This document shows, piece by piece, positions 20,305 to 30,046 of a stretch of 64,000 bases of DNA (positions within the stretch are counted from its first letter, which is position 1; every line of letters starts with the position of its first letter). The position numbers and the translations under genes are program-made. The notes below the pieces were generated by a model, which ran no database searches, was not told the origin of the DNA, and saw nothing but the letters and a program-made list of their open reading frames with translations. The stretch is from an uncultured Candidatus Saccharibacteria bacterium. GTDB lineage: Bacteria; Patescibacteriota; WWE3; UBA101185; 2-01-FULL-41-18. Where the stretch lies: positions 9,669 through 73,668 of the forward strand of contig CAZWQF010000002.1 of assembly GCA_964636285.1 (NCBI GenBank), given 5' to 3'.

Positions 20305-20807
20305 TCTCTTATTGTATCAATTACACCTTTTGTTTGCAGCAGTACTCTGTTGAACAGGTCTCCTACATAATCATCGGTAGTAACATTAATAACATCAATA
20401 TTAATTGAAGTAAGGCCCGCAATTGACATGCTACATTCATCTATCTGGTGCAAATCCTGATGGATAAAGTGGATTTCAGGGTAAACTAAAAGGCTTCCAT
20501 TTGCGTCAGTTGAATCTGTAACAACTTTTACCTCGGCAATCCTCACTTCACCAAAGTTTTGTACTTCCCCTCTTAGTATTCCAACTAGCTGTCTCATTAT
20601 CTCAGGTGCTCGGTCCCCAAACTTCGCACACATGTACTCTGCGGAAGCTGGAACACAGCAAGCCAAGGCGGAAAGCTCTTCAGACTTATAGATTTCAAGC
20701 ATTTTATCAAAAGAGCCTAAGTTTATAGATGGAGTTTTGACGATTTCAACTAACGAATCTTTATGTGTTGCATGCTCTATAGTTGAAGGGCCAAAGTTTA
20801 CAGCCAT
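20301..20807 (-). CDS. Hypothetical protein with a Cys cluster (ACCVPASAEYMC)
   Basis: 168-aa ORF that overlaps the next gene by 4 nt. No assignable family. Confidence 0.35.
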   Translation of the reverse strand: MAVNFGPSTIEHATHKDSLVEIVKTPSINLGSFDKMLEIYKSEELSALACCVPASAEYMCAKFGDRAPEIMRQLVGILRGEVQNFGEVRIAEVKVVTDSTDANGSLLVYPEIHFIHQDLHQIDECSMSIAGLTSINIDVINVTTDDYVGDLFNRVLLQTKGVIDTIRE

Positions 20808-20842
20808 ACGCTACATAGTATGTACACGACTTGCAATTTTTT

Positions 20843-21742
20843 TCAAGAGAGAATCCATTTCTTAAACTCCACCAATTTCACAAGAAGATTCTTTGTCCAA
20901 ATTCGGTTAAATAAAAAGACAGAAAATGAGGAATATATACTACCCATACACATCCTTTTCTCTAGAAAATCTTTATGTTTATGTAAAAAGTACCAGTTGT
21001 TAAGAATAATTTGCCAGTTATACCTCAAAATACTTCCAGTTCTAGAGCCCCCTCTATCATTTACTTTAGGCAGATGAAAGCTAGCAGTGTGAGGACAAAA
21101 CACAAGCTTTAAACCCTTTTCTGCACAAGATATCTGAAAGTCAGTTTCTTCTCTCCAGAAAAAGGTTTTTGATCTTTCTTCCTCATACTCTACCATCTCA
21201 AAAACAGATTTTTTAACCAGTATTGAAGCGTCAAGCATAAAAACTTCAGTATCATCAGGTAATTTTAATTCGCAATTTGTTAGGGCTAGAAATGTATCGT
21301 TCACTTTACCTTTTGTGTTATCGGCTCTAGCTAATGAGGTTTCATAGGATTCCCCTGGCCTCATCCATATTCGCCTGCCTGAGATTAAGTCAGCTCCAGA
21401 TGACTTGAAGTGGTCAACAAGCACAGCTATATGGTTTGTGGGTAGAACAAGGTCATCTTCGCCATAAAAAACAAATTCTCCTTTAGCAATCTTGGCTCCA
21501 ATATTTCTTGTGGAAGGGGTACCCCGGTTTTCAGCATTCCTATGAAGCACAAGTTCAATTTCTGGGTAGTTAGATTTAAAAGTAGAGTATTCATGAGTCA
21601 ATCTTTCAAACGAACCATCAGTGCTTCCGTCATCTACAATAACTACTTCAAGAACACTCTCCTGCTCAAAATAGCTTGGTAGAACTTTTAACAAAGTCTC
21701 AATTCTATTTCTTGTTGGAATTACTACACTCACATTTCTCAT
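20843..21742 (-). CDS. GT2-family glycosyltransferase
   Basis: GT-A N-terminal motif (VSVVIPTRNR...VVIVDDGSTDGS) and DxD-like (GEDD). Confidence 0.75.
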   Translation of the reverse strand: MRNVSVVIPTRNRIETLLKVLPSYFEQESVLEVVIVDDGSTDGSFERLTHEYSTFKSNYPEIELVLHRNAENRGTPSTRNIGAKIAKGEFVFYGEDDLVLPTNHIAVLVDHFKSSGADLISGRRIWMRPGESYETSLARADNTKGKVNDTFLALTNCELKLPDDTEVFMLDASILVKKSVFEMVEYEEERSKTFFWREETDFQISCAEKGLKLVFCPHTASFHLPKVNDRGGSRTGSILRYNWQIILNNWYFLHKHKDFLEKRMCMGSIYSSFSVFLFNRIWTKNLLVKLVEFKKWILS

Positions 21743-21764
21743 AGACCCGTAGATTCTATATTAA

Positions 21765-22733
21765 TTGTACAATTCAATCTATACGACCATAATGGAAATA
21801 CATGATAAAATCATTTGCCAAGTTATGAGAAAAATTACAATATTTTTTGATTACGAAGGGAAATGGGGCATGCCTAAAAAGCACCCATATAACCTATCAA
21901 CTACAACCGATGCCATCCTTGCTGTGCTTAAAAAGCACAATGTTAAAGCAGTCTTTAATTCCTGCGGGATTATCAGTAAAGAGCATCCAGAAATCATGAA
22001 AAAAATTTCAAACGGTGGGCATGAGATTAGTGCGCATGGATTTGAACATGAAAATTTTTATCAGATGGATAACAATAAGTTTGCACAAATATTAAAGAAA
22101 ATTGAAAGCCATAGTTTAAATACAATTGGCAAAAAGCCATTGGGTTTTAGGTTTCCTTACTTATTAAATCCACAGTTTTATTCTGAATCTAAATACAAAG
22201 TTTTATCCGATTTTGGGTACAAATGGACATCAAATAGGCAAATCAGGTTTATCCCTGAACTAATGAGAGTTCAAAATCAAACTGATGCGGTAACAAAGTA
22301 TTTATATAAAATGAATGCTGGTAAATTTTTATTTTTATATTTAAATAAGTCAGTGTTTTTTGATGATTATTTAAGTAAGAATTGGGGAATTCCAAAAATT
22401 GCAAATTGGCTTATTCAGGATAAAAATCCATTTGAGAGAGAAGGGATTTTAGAAATTCCAGTTTTATCAACGTTAGACTGCTTTCTTTTTGGATTACCGG
22501 TACCAAATGAATCGTCATCAGATGCTGAGCTCAAAACGGCATTTGAAATTTTAAAAGACGAATTTGACCTGAGCCAAAACTACTTCAACTTAAATTTTCA
22601 CGACTGGATTGTAGGCACATCAAACAGAATTGATGTAATGGACAAAATCATAGGATACATAAAAAAGAAAAAGGACATAAAATTTGTAACATCTGAGGAC
22701 ATTATGGTTAAAACAGGGCCTCACGCACTATGA
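21765..22733 (+). CDS. Polysaccharide deacetylase (CE4/NodB homology domain)
   Basis: NodB-like motifs (FFDYEG...HGFEHENF). Confidence 0.6.
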   Translation: MYNSIYTTIMEIHDKIICQVMRKITIFFDYEGKWGMPKKHPYNLSTTTDAILAVLKKHNVKAVFNSCGIISKEHPEIMKKISNGGHEISAHGFEHENFYQMDNNKFAQILKKIESHSLNTIGKKPLGFRFPYLLNPQFYSESKYKVLSDFGYKWTSNRQIRFIPELMRVQNQTDAVTKYLYKMNAGKFLFLYLNKSVFFDDYLSKNWGIPKIANWLIQDKNPFEREGILEIPVLSTLDCFLFGLPVPNESSSDAELKTAFEILKDEFDLSQNYFNLNFHDWIVGTSNRIDVMDKIIGYIKKKKDIKFVTSEDIMVKTGPHAL

Positions 22734-23809
22734 ACACAGAGAGTAAAAAGTTTTTTTATAGCATAGTAATAAGCTCCTACAACGGCTCAGGTAAAATTGG
22801 AGCAGCTATTAATTCGCTGAAATTGCAAGATTACACAGGAAAATTTGAAATATTGGTTGTTGACGATAGATCTACAGATAACACTTCCGCTATTGCTTTG
22901 GCGTTAGGGATAAAGGTTATAAGTACAAAGGAAAGCAGAGGCTTATCAGGTGCAAGAAACGCGGGTCTGGATGTAGCTCAAGGAGACGTCTATGTTTGCT
23001 TTGATGACGATTGTATTGCAGAAAAAAACTGGCTTACAGAACTTGATAATGCATACACTTTAAAACCAAATGCACTTGGTATGGGAAGCGTGATAGTAAG
23101 CTCAAAAAATCAAAGTTTTACAGATAAATACATTGAAGAGAGCGGCTACACCAAGCCAATACTACCTGGAGTTGGAGGAAATAAAAGCGCGCTTGGAAGG
23201 TTTTTGGCCTACTACAAATCAATGTTTGGAACGTGGGATGTTCCAGAGAACTCAATGATAAAAGTACACGAAATTGCCGGTGGCTTATCATCCTTTTTTA
23301 TTAAGGATCTCAAGGCTATTGGAGGTTGGAATACAGAAGTGAGTGGTTATGAGGATGTGGATATATGCAAAAGGCTCTCCCAAAAATTCCCTGGTCGAGA
23401 GTTCTTTGTTACCTCCTCTGCCAAGATGGTTCACGATCATAAACTTGAGCTTCACGATTATCTTAGGAAGCACTATATAAGATCAGGGGTTAGACTTAAG
23501 TACTACCTTGCAAACAAAATGACCCCACCAATCTACCCATTCCCCTTTGTTTATATAGCCACGATTTTAGGAATACAATGTACAATATTATTTATATCAA
23601 ATAGTATTAGTGTAAGCTTAGCTTTGAATTTGAGTATTTTGCTACTAAGCGCAATTTTTCTACCAAGCCTCATATACCCTTGGTGGATCTACAAGGCTAT
23701 TAAAAAGCAGGACTTGGGTATGTTAGCATTCTCGTGGGTTCAGATGGTTTATGAGAGCCTAGTGATGGTTGGTATGCTTAAAGCTCATTTAATTGCCCTC
23801 CCCTCCTAA
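22730..23809 (+). CDS. GT2-family glycosyltransferase with C-terminal TM helices
   Basis: SIVISSYNGSG...ILVVDDRSTDNT...FDDDC (GT-A motifs), then 3-4 TM helices. Confidence 0.7.
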   Translation: MNTESKKFFYSIVISSYNGSGKIGAAINSLKLQDYTGKFEILVVDDRSTDNTSAIALALGIKVISTKESRGLSGARNAGLDVAQGDVYVCFDDDCIAEKNWLTELDNAYTLKPNALGMGSVIVSSKNQSFTDKYIEESGYTKPILPGVGGNKSALGRFLAYYKSMFGTWDVPENSMIKVHEIAGGLSSFFIKDLKAIGGWNTEVSGYEDVDICKRLSQKFPGREFFVTSSAKMVHDHKLELHDYLRKHYIRSGVRLKYYLANKMTPPIYPFPFVYIATILGIQCTILFISNSISVSLALNLSILLLSAIFLPSLIYPWWIYKAIKKQDLGMLAFSWVQMVYESLVMVGMLKAHLIALPS

Positions 23810-23829
23810 CTGCGTTTATACTTTAATTA

Positions 23830-24570
23830 ATGCTCAGAATTCTAAAATTTCTTTGTAAGGCGCTGACTGCATTTTCGCTAGCTGGATTTGTGGCACTTTT
23901 ATTTATTCGCCCACCTCTTCCAGCAAAAAATAAGCTTGAACTAAGTAAAATGTACCACGAACCAACTCAGCAAGAGATGTCCCCTACTACAGAAGTAAAA
24001 GAAATAAAGGGTTACAAATATCAAATTGAAAAAGTGGCAAAGTATAAAATTACTGGTCTTGTTGTAGAGCAGTATTCAAGCGATCACTGGCTTGATCTTA
24101 CGCATAAAAACGATCCTGCAAATACCAGAGATCTGTGCATTATCTGGGGCTCCAACTTAGATCCAAACATATATAACAGTGTTAAGTTTGACCATGGGGA
24201 GTTTACTTGTTATGTCTCTTGGTCAAATCAAGACAGTCTTTTTAACATGAATGCTCTATCAAACAACCACCTAATCCCAGAAAGCATATCAGTTGCGGAC
24301 AAAATAAAGGGGGTTAGGGTTGGGGATCAAATAACTATCACAGGCTATTTGTCCAATTACAAAGTTTGGGATAAAGATGGCAAACAGGCAGGTGAGAGAC
24401 GAACAAGTACGGTTAGGGAAGACACCGGAAATGGGGCTTGTGAAGTTTTATACACCACAGATATAGAGGTGGTGAAAAGTTCTGCATATTGGTACTTCTT
24501 ACTTAAAGACCTATCTCCATTCGTTTTCCTAATAAGTGCCTTTTTAAATCTTGTTCTAATAGCTTTTTAA
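23830..24570 (+). CDS. Hypothetical bitopic membrane protein
   Basis: TM helices at both termini with an extracytoplasmic middle. No motif recognised. Confidence 0.35.
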   Translation: MLRILKFLCKALTAFSLAGFVALLFIRPPLPAKNKLELSKMYHEPTQQEMSPTTEVKEIKGYKYQIEKVAKYKITGLVVEQYSSDHWLDLTHKNDPANTRDLCIIWGSNLDPNIYNSVKFDHGEFTCYVSWSNQDSLFNMNALSNNHLIPESISVADKIKGVRVGDQITITGYLSNYKVWDKDGKQAGERRTSTVREDTGNGACEVLYTTDIEVVKSSAYWYFLLKDLSPFVFLISAFLNLVLIAF

Positions 24571-24580
24571 TCTGACGGAG

Positions 24581-25645
24581 CTAGTCCACAATATAAGACC
24601 GAACATCTGCAAGAATGTCCTTGATTCTGTTTATACCTTTTCGTTCATGCAGAATTGCATTAACAATTAACTGGGCTAGTTTATTTGAGTCGTGCCTTAC
24701 AATGCTTCTTAATGCTGTATCTGCTTTTGATTGACCGTGAATTACATTCGATACAATCTCGCCTCTTAAAGCCTTAGCTGAGTTTTTAAGGTCATCCTCA
24801 ACAGGAATCTCACCATCTGCCTGGTAGTGCAAAACGACGGTATCTGGCAAGACTGAATTATTTATAACAGCGTAATCAACAGGCTTGCTCAAATATTTTT
24901 CTATATCCTTAATGTGATGCGAGGCTTTATAGTCTGTAGACTGCCCTGCCTTTGTCATTAGATTAACAACATAAAATACCTTTGCTTTTGAATTTGCTAT
25001 GGCTTCAGGTACACCAGACACCAAAAGATTTGGAATTAAGCTTGTATAAAGATCACCTGGCCCTATGACAATATAGTCAGCTTCTTCAATAGCTTTCTTT
25101 GCCACATGGTTAATCTTGGCCTTTGGTTCAAGATACGCTTTTTTAATCTTTGATTTCTTGTAGCCTGATTTATCTATGGAGTCTTCGGTTACAATTTTCT
25201 TACCGTCTTCAAACTCAACAACAAGATGGGATTTATCAAGTGTTACAGGAATTACTTTTCCACTGGTTTGTAAAAGAGCCTCTGCTGTCTTTGTGACTTC
25301 GTTATAATCTGGTTCAATGCTTTCAAGCGCTGCAAAAAATACGTTACCAAAATTGTGGCCTTTGAAGTCTCCTGACTCGAATCTATATGTAAAAAGCTTT
25401 CGCCAAATATGATTTGACGTTGAAAGGGCAACCATGGATTGTCTTAAATCACCTGGAGGAAGTACGCCGTATGCATCCCTAAGCTTTCCAGAACTACCTC
25501 CACTATCCATCATTGATATAATTGCTGAGAGCTTAAGCTGGTAATTTTTGAGTCCCATCAGTGTTGTGTATGCGCCTGACCCACCGCCTATAACAACTAC
25601 CTTTTTCATACTCGGTGTATTATACTGTATCCTGTGCTGTTGCAA
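24581..25645 (-). CDS. yvcK: YvcK/CofD-like (UPF0052) gluconeogenesis-factor family protein
   Basis: Hallmark motifs VVIGGGSGA and MMDSGGSSGKLR...GVLPPGDLRQ. Confidence 0.75.
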   Translation of the reverse strand: MQQHRIQYNTPSMKKVVVIGGGSGAYTTLMGLKNYQLKLSAIISMMDSGGSSGKLRDAYGVLPPGDLRQSMVALSTSNHIWRKLFTYRFESGDFKGHNFGNVFFAALESIEPDYNEVTKTAEALLQTSGKVIPVTLDKSHLVVEFEDGKKIVTEDSIDKSGYKKSKIKKAYLEPKAKINHVAKKAIEEADYIVIGPGDLYTSLIPNLLVSGVPEAIANSKAKVFYVVNLMTKAGQSTDYKASHHIKDIEKYLSKPVDYAVINNSVLPDTVVLHYQADGEIPVEDDLKNSAKALRGEIVSNVIHGQSKADTALRSIVRHDSNKLAQLIVNAILHERKGINRIKDILADVRSYIVD

Positions 25646-25718
25646 AGGTCTTTTGAGGCCTTTTTTGTTGCCTTTTCTATTTTTGGCTAATATAGGCTAA
25701 AATATAGAGGTATTTTGA

Positions 25719-25793
25719 GGGGGCGTAGCTCAGTGGTAGAGCAGCGGCCTTTTAAGCCGCGTGTCGTGAGTCCGATTCTCACCGCCCTCACCA
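25719..25793 (+). tRNA. tRNA-Lys (anticodon UUU), CCA encoded
   Basis: Acceptor GGGGGCG/CGCCCTC, anticodon stem GCGGC/GCCGC with loop CTTTTAA, T-loop AGTCCGATTCT..., terminal CCA. Confidence 0.85.
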
Positions 25794-25799
25794 AAAAAA

Positions 25800-26288
25800 A
25801 TGACATCAAGTCTTAGAAACTCCACACTCTGTTTTCTTATTAAAAAATCAACAAATACGAATGAGGCATGCCTTGCATTAAAAAAGCGAGGTTTTGGCGT
25901 TGGGAGGTGGAATGGGGTTGGAGGCAAGGTAGAATTGGGCGAAAGTATTGAGGATGCGGTTAAAAGAGAAGCGTTTGAAGAAATCGGTGTAAGAGTTATT
26001 GAAATTAAGAAATTTGCAGAACTTACCTTTTTATTCCCTGATAATCCTGGCTGGAACCAATTAGTTCATGTTTATATCTGCTCTAAATGGGAAGATGAAC
26101 CTGTAGAAAGCGAAGAGATGAAGCCGGAGTGGTATGAAGTTTCCAAAATTCCGTACAAAGAAATGTGGGTAGATGATGAATTATGGCTCCCAAAGGTTCT
26201 TGAGGGTAAAGAAATAACCGGAACATTTTGCTTTGGCCCTAATGATGTATTATTGGAACATTGTATAGTTGAGGTACTCGAACTATGA
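25800..26288 (+). CDS. Nudix hydrolase (MutT-like)
   Basis: Nudix box GGKVELGESIEDAVKREAFEEIGV. Confidence 0.75.
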   Translation: MTSSLRNSTLCFLIKKSTNTNEACLALKKRGFGVGRWNGVGGKVELGESIEDAVKREAFEEIGVRVIEIKKFAELTFLFPDNPGWNQLVHVYICSKWEDEPVESEEMKPEWYEVSKIPYKEMWVDDELWLPKVLEGKEITGTFCFGPNDVLLEHCIVEVLEL

Positions 26289-26357
26289 AATAGGGTGTGG
26301 TGTATTTTGATTGGCTTTCATCCAATGTGGCATTAATAAACTACAGAGAAAATTCAA

Positions 26358-26717
26358 ATGTACCCTGTTGAACTCATAGAAATTCAAATTAAGTTTGCTA
26401 AAAAAGCTCAAGAATTTGAGAACGTCTCATTTTCAAATGCCCTACTTAGATTTACTCCTGTTGCTAGGTTTTTAGGCATTAAATACTCTGAAATGTCGGT
26501 TGAAAATCCAGTGTGGGTTGGGCTGATTAGCAAACTTGCTGAAACGATCAGTACTAAGGATCAAGCACGCATTATTACAGACTTCAAGAAAATTCAGAAC
26601 ATCAGCGATGAAGAAAGCTTAGATATCAAAGGCAACCCTAGAGCAGAATTTGAATTCCAGCAACCAAAAGTCCTAGCAAACATTGAACACTTCTATACAT
26701 TCTATAAAATTAGTTAG
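26358..26717 (+). CDS. Hypothetical protein
   Basis: 119-aa ORF with no recognisable motif. Confidence 0.3.
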   Translation: MYPVELIEIQIKFAKKAQEFENVSFSNALLRFTPVARFLGIKYSEMSVENPVWVGLISKLAETISTKDQARIITDFKKIQNISDEESLDIKGNPRAEFEFQQPKVLANIEHFYTFYKIS

Positions 26718-27117
26718 ATTAATCATTCTTTCTCAAACAATTATCTGATATAACATTAAGACCAAAAAGGAGAAATTACCCATGAGCCTAGTTCAACAAG
26801 ACATCAGAGAAATGCTTGCTTCAGCAGCTCTATTAGTATCAGTTGGATCCAGATATAGAAGGTACGATGGCATGGAAATATTTGTGGTTTTGGGTCTCCA
26901 ATATAACCAAATGCTTATGTGCGTGGTTGTAACTGCAAAGCCCACTACCTCAAATAAGGAAATTGAAGTGCCCATTCAGGAGTGGACTTCTCTGATCGAG
27001 TCAGGATATGGAAGCTGCCCAAAATACATTCTGCTCTAATACTCGGCAGGGGTTGACCCAAAACCCCTGCCATCCCCTTTCGTTTCAAAAAATAACTGAC
27101 AATGCTATCATTCCCTT

Positions 27118-27789
27118 ATGCAATTAACACCAGAACAAGCAAAAGAACTTATGCAAAAAGCCGTGATTGAACGAGAGAGCTTCAATTTTGATACGGCTGA
27201 ACAAATGCTTAATACGGCAAAAATCGCGTTTACTGAACAGAATGATTTATATAATGTTTCAGAATGTTTAAATCACCTTGCCTATTCAAAAAAACTTAGA
27301 GCAAAACAAATTCTTTCTGAAGGCCATGCTTTAGCAAAAGAATCTTTTGAACTAACCTCAAATAATAATCTAAAACAGCAAAGCTCCTTAAGGTGTTTGA
27401 TATCACTTTTAACCCCTCAGGAAAGGTACGAAGAAGAATTAAAGGTCTGTAACAAACTGCTAGAGCTCACTTCCAGGCCCGCAAATAAAGGGGACGTTCT
27501 ACAACACATAGCCTATTCACTTCTAAGAACCGGAAAAATAACCGAGGCCAATCTGACAATTGCTCAATCCCTCAAAATGATTGAGGAAGGAGCTAAGTCC
27601 GAACCTGAATCAGCAATCAATGTATGGAAATCATCCTCACTAATTACAAAAGCTCTAATCGAGTACAATCTTGGGGAAATTGAAAATGCCAAGAAATCAG
27701 CTGAGGAAGCATTAAAGGTTGCAAAATCTTCAGTTTCAAAAATGAGAGTTAAGCAGGCGGAAGCAGTTCTAAAACTTTTAAACTCATAA
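27118..27789 (+). CDS. Hypothetical helical-repeat (TPR-like) protein
   Basis: 223 aa, predicted all-alpha, with repeated amphipathic helices. Confidence 0.35.
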   Translation: MQLTPEQAKELMQKAVIERESFNFDTAEQMLNTAKIAFTEQNDLYNVSECLNHLAYSKKLRAKQILSEGHALAKESFELTSNNNLKQQSSLRCLISLLTPQERYEEELKVCNKLLELTSRPANKGDVLQHIAYSLLRTGKITEANLTIAQSLKMIEEGAKSEPESAINVWKSSSLITKALIEYNLGEIENAKKSAEEALKVAKSSVSKMRVKQAEAVLKLLNS

Positions 27790-27883
27790 ACTAGTATATC
27801 CTATAGTTTTGCATAGATTTCAATAACATGCTAAAGTGCTGCAAATAAGTGCGGTAGGCAAATAACCCATAAAGAGGTAACTA

Positions 27884-28180
27884 ATGGAACTAACACAGGT
27901 AAAGCAGGATACGCAGGCTAGCACACAGAGGGATAGGCGGGTTGAGAGGATTCTCATCCTACTTGGGTTTTCCCTGGGATTGGTGTTTCCAATCTTTGTG
28001 GTACAGCATGGTTGTTACACCGAACTGCTCACACTAGGGATCCTCATGGTCTGCACGGGACTAATTGCTGAGGTTAAACTTCAGCACAGACGGTTTTGGA
28101 TCAACCGTCACCCAGCGTTACTTTCGGTGATTGCAGTGCTAGCAGGATGGGCACTCAACACTGCGCTCAGGTCACTCTAG
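27884..28180 (+). CDS. Small two-TM membrane protein
   Basis: 98-aa ORF that looks locally GC-richer than the flanks and is followed by a strong terminator. Confidence 0.35.
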   Translation: MELTQVKQDTQASTQRDRRVERILILLGFSLGLVFPIFVVQHGCYTELLTLGILMVCTGLIAEVKLQHRRFWINRHPALLSVIAVLAGWALNTALRSL

Positions 28181-28207
28181 CCCCAACCATCAAGATCCAA
28201 ACAAGAA

Positions 28208-28257
28208 ATCAGGCACCCATGGAACACTGATTTCTTGGGTGCCTGATCGTTTTTTAT
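28208..28257 (+). terminator. Rho-independent terminator between convergent genes
   Basis: Perfect 12-bp stem ATCAGGCACCCA/TGGGTGCCTGAT with a 16-nt loop, followed by CGTTTTTTAT. Confidence 0.7.
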
Positions 28258-29003
28258 TCGTGAACAAAGCTTCCTAAAATTAAAATTAAAAATATACCTA
28301 AAACAAAAGGGATGCTCTGTAGCCAACCATCAAACTTGTGGGAGTCTTTATGCATTTCAGGAATTAAATCCGAACAGGCAATGTAGATAAACATCCCCGC
28401 TCCAAATCCTAGTAACATGTATTCGTAATTTTTATACGAATTAAGAAACAGGTAACCGATAAGTCCCCCTGCTACAGAAGAGAGTGACGAGTAAAAGTTG
28501 TAAAGTAAGGCTTTGGACTTTTTCATACCCGAATCCATTAAAACTCCAAAGTCTGCGATTTCCTGTGGGATCTCATGAAGCGCAATTGCTAATGTTGCAG
28601 ATACACCAAGTGAAAAATCAGCCATAAATGCAGAAGCAATAGCTACTCCATCAACAAAATTATGAAGACCATCCCCAATTAAAACCAAAAATGAGGTAGG
28701 TTTACTGTGATGACATTCATCGTGATGGTGGTGCCAAAGCAAAAATCTTTCCATAAAAAAGAACGAGACAAGACCCATCAGAATAAAAGTCATTACGCCC
28801 ATAACGTTTCCCACCTCAATCGCTTCGGGAATTAAGTCCAAAAATGCGGCCGAAAGCATGACCCCCGCGGCAAAGCTCACTACATACCTGTTTGCAAAGT
28901 TAATGCCAACCCTATGCCCAAACAGCAAAAAGCCTCCAGTTAATGATAAAAGGCTAATAAACACGGTTGCGCAAAGAATGTAAATAATCTGCATTGATTC
29001 CAT
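28254..29003 (-). CDS. ZIP-family metal (zinc) transporter (ZupT-like)
   Basis: His-rich loop (WHHHHDECHH) and the ZIP signature HEIPQEIADFGVL. Confidence 0.75.
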   Translation of the reverse strand: MESMQIIYILCATVFISLLSLTGGFLLFGHRVGINFANRYVVSFAAGVMLSAAFLDLIPEAIEVGNVMGVMTFILMGLVSFFFMERFLLWHHHHDECHHSKPTSFLVLIGDGLHNFVDGVAIASAFMADFSLGVSATLAIALHEIPQEIADFGVLMDSGMKKSKALLYNFYSSLSSVAGGLIGYLFLNSYKNYEYMLLGFGAGMFIYIACSDLIPEMHKDSHKFDGWLQSIPFVLGIFLILILGSFVHE

Positions 29004-29009
29004 AAGAAC

Positions 29010-29630
29010 CTACTCTACTACAAATTCTTTTCTGTACAAATACGGATAAATAACACCTGATAAAACCATTATTATTGCCGAAGAGATGAATAGAACGTTG
29101 TAACCAAACTCTACCGCAATGTATCCGCTTGCAAAGAGAGTAATAACCTTTCCAAGAGAGATAAAAATGTCTTTAAATCCCCATTCGGAAGACTCGTAGC
29201 CTTGGTCAATATGTTTAGAAAATACTTTTGTGAATGCAGGGTACTCCACTGCGTGAACAATTCCAAGTAAAAAGTAGACGGCATAAAACATATTCACACT
29301 TGATATGAATATAAACAGAATCCTAAAGACAGACTTGAGTAAATTGCCTATCAAGAAGCCATAAAAAGATGTGGCTGGATTTTTTGCCGCGTCAAAGAAC
29401 TTTGAGAAAAGGGGCTCAGCAACTAACACCCCAAGCATAAAAATGGCATTACCTACTCCAATATCTATGACGCCAGCGCCTTTAATCTGACTTACAATAA
29501 ACACGCTAAAAATAGCGTCAACAAGGGCCATTCCTGAAAAGAATATAGTATCAGAAACAATGAGTATTTTAATTGCTTTGTTTGAGTATTTGAATCTGTG
29601 GATTGGGAAAAACCTATGAATAAAATTCAT
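29010..29630 (-). CDS. Hypothetical 6-TM membrane protein
   Basis: Hydrophobicity pattern only. No family assigned. Confidence 0.35.
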   Translation of the reverse strand: MNFIHRFFPIHRFKYSNKAIKILIVSDTIFFSGMALVDAIFSVFIVSQIKGAGVIDIGVGNAIFMLGVLVAEPLFSKFFDAAKNPATSFYGFLIGNLLKSVFRILFIFISSVNMFYAVYFLLGIVHAVEYPAFTKVFSKHIDQGYESSEWGFKDIFISLGKVITLFASGYIAVEFGYNVLFISSAIIMVLSGVIYPYLYRKEFVVE

Positions 29631-29647
29631 AGATAAAGTTTACCAGA

Positions 29648-29974
29648 TTACTTGGTTGGTTTTTCAACTCTGGCTTTAAGCCTTGTTGCAGCCTTACCAA
29701 TTCTATCTCTTAAGAAGAATAGTTTTGCTCTTCTAACTACGCTCTTCTTCAAGATCTCTATCTTATTAATGTTTGGCGAAAAAGCTGGGAATATTCTCTC
29801 TACACCAATATTTTCAGCTCCAATATGCCTTACGGTAAAAGTCTTGGAAATCCCTTCTCCTCTTTTTGATATTACAATACCTTGAAATGGCTGAATTCTG
29901 GATTTATCGCCTTCAACAATCTTGTAGTGAATTTTAATTGTATCTCCAACTTCGAACTGAAATTTTTCTTCCAT
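29648..29974 (-). CDS. rplS: 50S ribosomal protein L19 (bL19)
   Basis: Typical L19 sequence (KIHYKIVEGDKSRIQPFQGIVI...GVERIFP). Confidence 0.85.
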   Translation of the reverse strand: MEEKFQFEVGDTIKIHYKIVEGDKSRIQPFQGIVISKRGEGISKTFTVRHIGAENIGVERIFPAFSPNINKIEILKKSVVRRAKLFFLRDRIGKAATRLKARVEKPTK

Positions 29975-30046
29975 ATATCTTTCTGAACAATGAATAAATT
30001 AGCAAAAATAAGGCTTTTTGGCAACAGCTACCTAAAAGACCCGATT

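Noticed and set aside
26782-27039. 85-aa ORF 26782-27039 (+) and its antisense 26793-26975
   Set aside because: Both are short with no motif and no good start context. Left unannotated as uncertain instead of called as genes.
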